From assembly GCF_000145295.1 (NCBI RefSeq), contig NC_014408.1, forward strand, positions 1,020,001 to 1,052,000: 32,000 nt of DNA. Direction: 5' to 3'. Origin of the DNA: Methanothermobacter marburgensis str. Marburg (GTDB taxonomy: Archaea > Methanobacteriota > Methanobacteria > Methanobacteriales > Methanothermobacteraceae). Made by a program: the position numbers and the translations under genes. Within the stretch, counting starts at the first letter, position 1, and every line of letters begins with the position of its first letter. Shown in pieces: positions 25,659 to 32,000 of the stretch. The notes below the pieces were generated by a model. It was not told where the DNA came from. It saw nothing but the letters and a program-made list of their open reading frames with translations, and did no database searches.

Positions 25659-26717
25659 TCAGAACGTGAACCCACTGAGGTAGAGTCCAAGTCCGCAGAC
25701 CGCTGCGGTTATCAGCCAGTATAGTAGCACGATTATCCTTTCAGACATTCCACGGTAGTGGAGTGTGTGGTGCAGTGGCTCCACCGGCAGTCTGATGACC
25801 CCTGCACGATGAAGGAGGCTGATTATAACTGAGACCACAGGTACAGCTATGGCAAGAACACCGAAGTAAACCGTATCTGTGAGCATCACCGCGGTTGCAT
25901 AACCTGCCCCCAGGGCAAATGAACCTGTGTCCCCCATGAATATGCTGGCTGGGTGCCTGTTGAATACAAGAAAGCCTGCAGAGATTCCTGCAAGAACCAG
26001 AAACGGAAGAGCGGCTGCAGATAATCCCAGGAGCAGTGCACAGGATAGGGAGGCTATGAGCATTATCCCCGAGGCCATCCCATCCATACCATCTATCAGG
26101 TTGACGGCGTTGATCGCACCCACCATCCCCCCAATAACAATGGGTGCCGCTGCAATACCCAGATTGAATCCTCCAAGTTTGGTGAATGATCCTCCAAGAA
26201 CCAGGAACACCCCTATCATGAGCTGGGCAAGTATCTTCTCACCCTCACTCACCTCGCTCTTTATGGGTGCCTCACCCACCACCTCAACAAGACCACTCTC
26301 CAGTAGCTCCTCAACATCCCTTTTTGCCTTATCTGTGGCTGCCCTTGCCTCTTCCCCTGGCTTCAGCACCAGCTGCCCCACCTCAAGGGGACTTTCAGAT
26401 ACGTTCCTGATTATCCTCTGGACCTCCCTGACCTTAAGCCCAATGAGGTCATCCAGGAGTCCCACAATGGCTGCTGTGAGGATTATGAGTGCTGTGAGGA
26501 CAAGGTAGGGGTTGTTGCGGTAGATAATGGTCACAAGAAGCACTGCGAGGAGCATGCCAAGGCCCCCCATTGTGGGTGTACCTGCCTTGTGGCTGTGCTC
26601 TGTAACTATTGGCCTGTCCCCGATACCTGCACTTCTCAGAACGTTCCTTATAAAGAGTGTGAAAGCCGCCGAAGCAGCCGCACTTACAATGAATGCTGTT
26701 AACCCAATCTCCATCAT
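25659..26717 (-). CDS. MraY/WecA-like polyprenyl-phosphate glycosyl-1-phosphate transferase (GT4 family)
   Basis: The motifs DDLIGLK, NLIDGMDGMASG and FMGDTGSFALG are present with ~10 TM segments. Confidence 0.85.
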   Translation of the reverse strand: MMEIGLTAFIVSAAASAAFTLFIRNVLRSAGIGDRPIVTEHSHKAGTPTMGGLGMLLAVLLVTIIYRNNPYLVLTALIILTAAIVGLLDDLIGLKVREVQRIIRNVSESPLEVGQLVLKPGEEARAATDKAKRDVEELLESGLVEVVGEAPIKSEVSEGEKILAQLMIGVFLVLGGSFTKLGGFNLGIAAAPIVIGGMVGAINAVNLIDGMDGMASGIMLIASLSCALLLGLSAAALPFLVLAGISAGFLVFNRHPASIFMGDTGSFALGAGYATAVMLTDTVYFGVLAIAVPVVSVIISLLHRAGVIRLPVEPLHHTLHYRGMSERIIVLLYWLITAAVCGLGLYLSGFTF

Positions 26718-27790
26718 ATCACCCTGAGTCTCTTCATGATCAGATCAAGCTTCTCCCTATTCGCAGCCCCTGCTGTGAGCCTCACATGATTCTGAGGCCC
26801 GTGCAGCAGCCAATTTACCCCATCAGGCATTAGGGATTCAATATTCCCCGGATTGCCCAGAGGTATCTCCACCGCATTGTAATCCTCTCTTTTAAGTTTA
26901 TGGGGATTCCAGTCCCCGGTTGCCATGTCCACAAGGCTGTGCATTGGATTTATACCTGTGGCGGCCTCAGAGATGTACCTTGTCCCACTGGGCCTTGTGT
27001 TAACCTCTATGGCATAAAGGATACCGTCATCGGAGAGTATCATGTCAACATCCGTGTTCCCCTCAGCTCCAAGGAGTTCAGTTATTCTGGAGGCCATTTT
27101 AAGGGCCTCATCTCCATTGAAACCCTCAATGACTGCAGGGGCCCTCTTCACCTTTCCCAGGGGGTGCAGTCCATCCATACTTGTGGGGCCCTTGTCCACA
27201 GCCACAAGGGGGAAGGTTTTCCCATCCCAGCGGAGGACCTCCACTGAGATCTCAACTCCCTGTATGTATTTCTCCATGATTGCGGAGTCATGGGAGCTGA
27301 GGTATTCCTCCACATCAGCACCTGAAGATGCAACCTTTATATTTGAGCCTCCCTGTCCTTCCCTCTGCTTAAGGACCGTGGGAAACCCCTTTACTTCATC
27401 TGCAGTCCCTATCAGACCATAGGCCGGTGTGTTTATAGCGTTTTCAGTGAAGAACTCCTTGGTTTTGAGTTTATCTGTGGAGATCTCCGCCGCCCTTTCG
27501 CCAGAGGCAACCACTGGAATCCCATAACTCTCCTCAAGTTCCATCTTAAGCCTGGCAACGTCCCTCAGGGGACCGTCGACACCTATGAGGGGTACAACCG
27601 CGTCAACATCCTCCCTCAGTGCAATTTCCATTGGTGCCTCCATGCCACGGGGCACTATGAAGTATGAGTCTGCGAGTTCAAGGTTGGGTGCCTCCGGGTT
27701 TGACTCTGAGAGTATGGTGGTAATTCCCCTTGATGAGGCATAGTCTGCAACGTCATTGAACAGCCTTGAGCCAATGAATAGGATTCTCAT
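26714..27790 (-). CDS. ATP-grasp enzyme (carbamoyl-phosphate-synthase-like / D-Ala-D-Ala-ligase-like), wall peptide ligase candidate
   Basis: 358 aa. VLKQREGQGGSNIKV, EKYIQGVEISVEV and AIEVNTRPSGT fit ATP-grasp motifs. It overlaps the downstream MraY-like gene by 4 nt. Confidence 0.7.
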   Translation of the reverse strand: MRILFIGSRLFNDVADYASSRGITTILSESNPEAPNLELADSYFIVPRGMEAPMEIALREDVDAVVPLIGVDGPLRDVARLKMELEESYGIPVVASGERAAEISTDKLKTKEFFTENAINTPAYGLIGTADEVKGFPTVLKQREGQGGSNIKVASSGADVEEYLSSHDSAIMEKYIQGVEISVEVLRWDGKTFPLVAVDKGPTSMDGLHPLGKVKRAPAVIEGFNGDEALKMASRITELLGAEGNTDVDMILSDDGILYAIEVNTRPSGTRYISEAATGINPMHSLVDMATGDWNPHKLKREDYNAVEIPLGNPGNIESLMPDGVNWLLHGPQNHVRLTAGAANREKLDLIMKRLRVI

Positions 27791-27870
27791 GTTATCACTT
27801 AAAGAATCAAGAACTGATTTACTGTTTGGGAAGCTATTATAAATAATTTAATACCCCTTAACGGGGGAGG

Positions 27871-28407
27871 TTATGAGCCCGGATCTTGTTTAAAATAGGG
27901 GGTCTTCCCGCAGCATACCTCATCGATTGCCGAGAGGAGTAAATCTCTGAGTTCATATGCAGCCCCCCTGACCCCTTCAGATAGTTCCATTCCAAACTCA
28001 AGGTTTTCTGGCTGAACCCCTATCAGGGTTATCCTGCAGTCGCCCTGCTCCTCAAGGTACCTCACCAGGAATGAAAGGGGCATGGCATGGGTGGATATGC
28101 TGTAATCTGATATTCTATCCCTATCAATCAGCATGATGGTCCCTGGCTCTTTACCCATCTCCACCGCGTCGACTATGATTATGTGGCTGGGCTTCTCTGA
28201 CCTTATCATTCCTGTGAAATTTTCAGGGACGGTGCCTGCATTTATGAGTAGATGGCCCCTTTCCATCACATCCCTGGATATTATTGATGCAAGGTATGGT
28301 CCGAATCCATCGTCGGACCTCATTTCATTTCCAACTGTAAGTATAAGGAGCCTGCTGCAGCCCTTCAGAAAGTCACTTAAGCTCTGCTTTAACTGAATCA
28401 AGACCAC
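27871..28407 (-). CDS. [NiFe]-hydrogenase maturation endopeptidase (HycI/HyaD/FrhD family)
   Basis: The motifs GNEMRSDDGFGPYLA, IIIVDAVEMG and STHAMPL are present. The start (GTG 28407 or TTG 28401) lies inside the 3' end of the upstream gene. Confidence 0.75.
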   Translation of the reverse strand: MVLIQLKQSLSDFLKGCSRLLILTVGNEMRSDDGFGPYLASIISRDVMERGHLLINAGTVPENFTGMIRSEKPSHIIIVDAVEMGKEPGTIMLIDRDRISDYSISTHAMPLSFLVRYLEEQGDCRITLIGVQPENLEFGMELSEGVRGAAYELRDLLLSAIDEVCCGKTPYFKQDPGS

Positions 28408-29122
28408 CGCCCATTTTGTATGAGAGCTTCACCCTGAAATAGCCAGCTTCAAGGGTATCCCCCAGGGGCAGGATGAGTGGAGGGTTCATCATGGGTGTTG
28501 GGCCACAGATTATATTCTCTGCGGGGACTGTGAAGGAGGTTATCCTTATGGCGTTGAAGGAGTCTGATGCCAAAAGTTTCAGGGTTCCTCTGAATTTTTC
28601 AGGTATCCTCCCCCTGAAATCAACCCTGTCATAGACACATAGAGGGCCCGATGAGGGGGCTCTGATGTTTTCATCATATGATATGCTTCCACCCTTAATC
28701 ATCACAGGCTCCGCCGCATTTATAACCGCGGCGGGTATGACGTTACCTCCATCCTTAAGGAATCTGAGGGCCCTCCTCAAAACCGGGACCTGCTCCTCAT
28801 CTATCAGTGCAGTGTCCAGCATTTCGCAGATGATTGTATCTGCCCTCTCCTTGAATTCATACTCCAGGGCATCCTCATTCACGACCGTGACATTCTCAAG
28901 ACCCGAGAGATTCTCCCATGCACATGCCGCTATTCTTGGGTCCCTTTCAATTGCAATGACATGATCCGCGTATTCTGATGCAAAGAATGAGAGGACGCCG
29001 CTTCCAGCGCCAAGATCATATGTGAGTCCATGGGCAGCGGAGGCTATTGCCTCATAAAATGCTGAAAGGCGTTCATGGTCCCGCAGGAGGTGCTGGTGGT
29101 ACGCTGTGACCCTGAATTTCAT
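28373..29122 (-). CDS. Class I SAM-dependent methyltransferase, PRMT-like
   Basis: YHQHLLRDHERLSAFYEAI resembles the PRMT pre-motif. Motif I is YDLGAGSGVLS, and ICEMLD is acidic post-II-like. Confidence 0.6.
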   Translation of the reverse strand: MKFRVTAYHQHLLRDHERLSAFYEAIASAAHGLTYDLGAGSGVLSFFASEYADHVIAIERDPRIAACAWENLSGLENVTVVNEDALEYEFKERADTIICEMLDTALIDEEQVPVLRRALRFLKDGGNVIPAAVINAAEPVMIKGGSISYDENIRAPSSGPLCVYDRVDFRGRIPEKFRGTLKLLASDSFNAIRITSFTVPAENIICGPTPMMNPPLILPLGDTLEAGYFRVKLSYKMGGGLDSVKAELK

Positions 29123-29133
29123 CCGACCCTTGC

Positions 29134-29556
29134 CTAGTGTTCATGCTCCACTTTCTGTTCGGTTGATGTGCTTGTGAGCCTTACGTGTTCAACACCCTTG
29201 AGCCTCATCATCTTCTCTGTGAGTTCACGGATCTTTGAAACGTCACCCTTGACAACGATCACCTCAAGGCAGTGCTTCTCTGTCATGTGCACATGCATAA
29301 CCGCATTGATGTATTCACGGTAGTCGTGCTGGATATCCGCAAGATCCTCCATGACCCCGGTGTAGTGGTGGTCATAGATAACTGCAATTATACCGATTCG
29401 CTCTCCTTCCATTTCATTCATCCACTGGTACCTGACAATGTAGTCCTTCAGGGCATCCCTTATACCCTTGGACCTTGACTGGTAACCACGATCCCTTAAA
29501 ACTTCATCAAACTCATTCAGGAGCTTTTTTGGTAGAGACATGCTTATTCTCATCAT
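29134..29556 (-). CDS. nikR: Nickel-responsive transcriptional regulator NikR
   Basis: The ribbon-helix-helix N-terminus is MRISMSLPKKLLNEFDEVL. The C-terminal metal-binding domain has HVHMTEKHC and a His-rich tail, EHEH. Confidence 0.85.
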   Translation of the reverse strand: MMRISMSLPKKLLNEFDEVLRDRGYQSRSKGIRDALKDYIVRYQWMNEMEGERIGIIAVIYDHHYTGVMEDLADIQHDYREYINAVMHVHMTEKHCLEVIVVKGDVSKIRELTEKMMRLKGVEHVRLTSTSTEQKVEHEH

Positions 29557-29840
29557 GGCTATTACCCCACAGGTAATTTTATATGAATTTATTATAGTAT
29601 TAATCTAAAGTCATATTTAAACTTTTTTTAAGGCATGCAGTATTGTCTGTATGGAACAATCAGTTATTACATGAATAATTAACCTGAATATTTAAATGCA
29701 TCGGAATGAAGGTCCGGTGCAGCGTCAACTCCAAGGGGCATGCATGGTATCCCGCCACCGGACAGTGCCAATGGAACAACAAAACATAAAAAGATGCCCC
29801 ATCATAATATTATCCAGTGGAGTTTTTTGAGGGATTATCA

Positions 29841-30245
29841 ATGAAAGTTAAAGAAGCAATGAACCCCGAAATAATAACGGTGAGCCCCGAGACAAGGCCC
29901 CTTGAAGCCTTTGAAAAGATGTACAAACACGGTGTCAGAAGACTCTTTGTGCTTGACGATGACGGTAAACCTGTTGGCGTTGTATCCTACACAGACCTCA
30001 TAGGGGTCCTCGGATCAATAAAACCCGACAGCGAACACCCTGAGAGGGACCTCAAGGTGAGTAACATCATGGTGGATGAGGTTATAACCATCTCAGCCGA
30101 CGACAACATAGAGGACGCCGCCAACCTCATGCTGAGGGCCGATATTTCAGGCCTCCTTGTGATGGATGACGATAAACCTGTGGGTGTGATAACAAAAACA
30201 GATATCTGCCGGCTGGTTGCGGCGGAGATACTGGTACCCTCCTGA
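29841..30245 (+). CDS. CBS-domain pair protein
   Basis: Two CBS motifs are present (HGVRRLFVLDDDGKPVGVVSYTDL and ISGLLVMDDDKPVGVITKTDI). ATG 29841 is preceded by GAGGGA (6-nt spacer). The listed GTG 29817 has no SD. Confidence 0.75.
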   Translation: MKVKEAMNPEIITVSPETRPLEAFEKMYKHGVRRLFVLDDDGKPVGVVSYTDLIGVLGSIKPDSEHPERDLKVSNIMVDEVITISADDNIEDAANLMLRADISGLLVMDDDKPVGVITKTDICRLVAAEILVPS

Positions 30246-30286
30246 TTCAGAGGTACAGCAGAGGTTAATACACGATTCCCCTTTCA

Positions 30287-30368
30287 TGATCGGAGATAAT
30301 CCATACAGAGAATGGTGTGGACACTCCACACATCCATCCCCCTCTGATCAGAGATAATCCATACAGAG
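30287..30368. repeat. 24-nt direct repeat (1 mismatch), 58-nt period, upstream of 30379..30855
   Basis: The copies are tgatcggagataatccatacagag at 30287..30310 and tgatcagagataatccatacagag at 30345..30368. The second copy abuts the GGAGGT SD. Confidence 0.9.
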
Positions 30369-30378
30369 GAGGTAACCC

Positions 30379-30855
30379 TTGAAGATTATAACCAGAAAGG
30401 AGAACATGGTCTACAGGGAAATAAGGTACATGCAGCTTGATCTCAACGCCCCTGTATCAGAGGAGATGCTTAAGAGGAACCTTGACCTCCCTGAACACGA
30501 GTATCATGACATAGTAGTAAGCCTTGAGAAAAAGGGACTCATATCAAGAAAAAACGGGAGGATAACTGCCGGGAACCCTGGTGAAGATGTGAAGGTAATG
30601 GAAAATCAGGACGAAGTCAGGGAAGCTGAGCTGAACCAGATAGAGGAGGAAACCCTGAGGACCATTAAGGAACTCGGAGGCGGAGGACCGGTTCCCCGTT
30701 ACCTCCTTGAGGGCCACCTTCTCTATGGTCCCCTCAGGCTCAGCACAAGGCGCATGTACAACGTACTCCTTTCACTTGAAAATAAAAAGCTCATAGAGAT
30801 GGTGGTGCTGGATCAAGGTGAATATTACCGCCCCTCAGCCCCCCATGATTCCTGA
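30379..30855 (+). CDS. Hypothetical protein with two winged-helix-like segments
   Basis: 158 aa from TTG 30379, with GGAGGT 6 nt upstream. An alternative ATG at 30406 is preceded by AGGAG. The segments HDIVVSLEKKGLISRKNGRI and MYNVLLSLENKKLIEMVVL look wHTH-like. Confidence 0.5.
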   Translation: MKIITRKENMVYREIRYMQLDLNAPVSEEMLKRNLDLPEHEYHDIVVSLEKKGLISRKNGRITAGNPGEDVKVMENQDEVREAELNQIEEETLRTIKELGGGGPVPRYLLEGHLLYGPLRLSTRRMYNVLLSLENKKLIEMVVLDQGEYYRPSAPHDS

Positions 30856-30942
30856 ACACCTTCTGAACCATCATTTTCTCTGCAGATCTAAACCATGATT
30901 CCTGAACACCTTCTGAACCATCATTTTCTCTGCAGATCTAAA
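30843..30942. repeat. 50-bp tandem repeat, 2 copies, spanning a convergent intergenic spacer and both flanking stop regions
   Basis: 30843..30892 and 30893..30942 are identical or nearly so. Copy 1 contains the TGA of 30379..30855 and copy 2 contains the pheS stop. Confidence 0.95.
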
Positions 30943-32000
30943 GTTTCAGATCATCCGTCACCGGAAGGCCCCTGAGCCAGCCAAGGTCGCTCTGGTAGAG
31001 CATCCTTATATCCTTTATATCAAATCTTATCATTGCAAGCCTCTCGATACCCAGACCAAAGGCAGCCACAGGGACCTCAACACCAAGCGGTTCGAGGACT
31101 TCAGGCCTGAACATACCTGCCCCTCCAAGTTCTATCCAGCTCTTCTTCTCAGGGAGGTATATTTCACATTCTGTTGAGAGGTAGGTGTAGGGGAAGTAAG
31201 CCGGCCTGAACCTCACCTCAAATCCCAGTTTTCTGTAAAACTCCCTCAGTATACCCAGGAGGTTTCTGAAGTTAACATCCTCCCCTGCGACGATACCCTC
31301 AACCTGGTGGAACTCTGGCAGATGCTTGTAGGTTATGGTCTCCCTCCTGAAAACCCTCCCAACAGAGAACATCTTGAGGGGTGGTTCATTCTCCCTCAGG
31401 AACCTGGCGGATACACAGGTTGTGTGGGTCCTGAGTACGCTCTGCATTGCAACGTCCCTGTCCCATTCATACTGCCAGCCCTCTGATCCAGTGGAGCCCC
31501 CTGTTTCATGGGCACTCTGCACAGCCCTCACAAGATCCTCATCCGGGAGTTCAGTTACCGGGGGATTTTTAACGTAGAAAGTGTCCTGCATCTCCCTTGC
31601 AGCGTGGTCCTGGGGCTGGAAGAGACAGTCAAAGTTCCAGAAGGCTGATTCAAGAAGGGGGCCCCTGGACTCCGTAAACCCCAGTTTAAGGAATATGAGC
31701 CTTATCTCATCAATTATGCGCCTCAGCGGGTGCATCTTACCCGGGTAAACCACAGGGTACTCTGCATCAATGTTGTAGCCCCTGTAGTGAAGCCTCCTCC
31801 AGGAGCCTGTCTTCAGGTGCTCGTGGGTGACCTGGGTAGCCTCCTCAGCGATCTCCACACCCCTCTCAAGGAGTCTCCTGCCCCCGGGTGTGAGTTCAAT
31901 CCTGTGCTTCCTGACCTTTTTAATATCAACAATACCCTTTCTCCCTGCAAGGTCCTTAAGGGCACCCTTTAAGTGTTCAGGAAGTTCCGCGGCCCTTATA
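30938..32000 (-). CDS. pheS: Phenylalanine--tRNA ligase alpha subunit (5' end outside the window)
   Basis: Class II aaRS motifs [19 protein letters not shown] and GAGMFRPEV...GLGIERLAM are present. The frame stays open upstream of the listed start at 31858, to the window edge (...[28 protein letters not shown]...). Confidence 0.9.
   Translation of the reverse strand, partial: IRAAELPEHLKGALKDLAGRKGIVDIKKVRKHRIELTPGGRRLLERGVEIAEEATQVTHEHLKTGSWRRLHYRGYNIDAEYPVVYPGKMHPLRRIIDEIRLIFLKLGFTESRGPLLESAFWNFDCLFQPQDHAAREMQDTFYVKNPPVTELPDEDLVRAVQSAHETGGSTGSEGWQYEWDRDVAMQSVLRTHTTCVSARFLRENEPPLKMFSVGRVFRRETITYKHLPEFHQVEGIVAGEDVNFRNLLGILREFYRKLGFEVRFRPAYFPYTYLSTECEIYLPEKKSWIELGGAGMFRPEVLEPLGVEVPVAAFGLGIERLAMIRFDIKDIRMLYQSDLGWLRGLPVTDDLKL

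Noticed and set aside
29642-29660. Inverted repeat ATTGT-N9-ACAAT upstream of nikR as a possible NikR operator.
   Set aside because: The arms are only 5 bp in AT-rich DNA and do not resemble the GTATGA-N16-TCATAC type operator I know. Chance occurrence is likely.

Overview
The window appears to be a chromosomal segment from a pseudomurein-walled methanogen (order Methanobacteriales). Gene order and protein sequences recall Methanothermobacter; this is from memory, no search was run. About three quarters is ordinary housekeeping. It holds the two GMP synthase subunits, msrB, an Nre-type repair protein with a PIP box, a CimA/LeuA-family synthase, Cgi121-like, Trm-G10, a GGR-family flavoprotein, PAN and MBF1. 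It also holds a Mur-ligase/MraY-like/ATP-grasp wall-synthesis cluster, a nikR-methyltransferase-hydrogenase protease operon, a CBS protein and pheS (cut by the window edge). I recognised no rRNA, tRNA, CRISPR array, transposase or integrase. The outlier is ~2.95-11.45 kb, all on the minus strand. An 837-aa secreted protein (signal peptide, two pseudomurein-binding-like repeats, PKD domain) is followed by four 5'-truncated copies of only its C-terminal end. Each copy, including the full-length one, is followed by its own small partner gene: four 3-TM proteins of 80-92 aa falling into two families, and one TPR protein. Three orphans and the full-length gene share a ~43-48-codon variable window bracketed by near-identical DNA, including 75 nt that are perfectly identical in all four copies. 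The variable-window subtype co-varies with the partner family. This layout matches bacterial polymorphic toxin/immunity loci with orphan modules (CdiA-CT/CdiI, Rhs tips), or a gene-conversion cassette system, but none of the modules is a family I recognise. A second recurring feature is short tandem duplications (35-66 nt period) in seven intergenic regions. Several of these copy gene 3' ends together with their stop codons.
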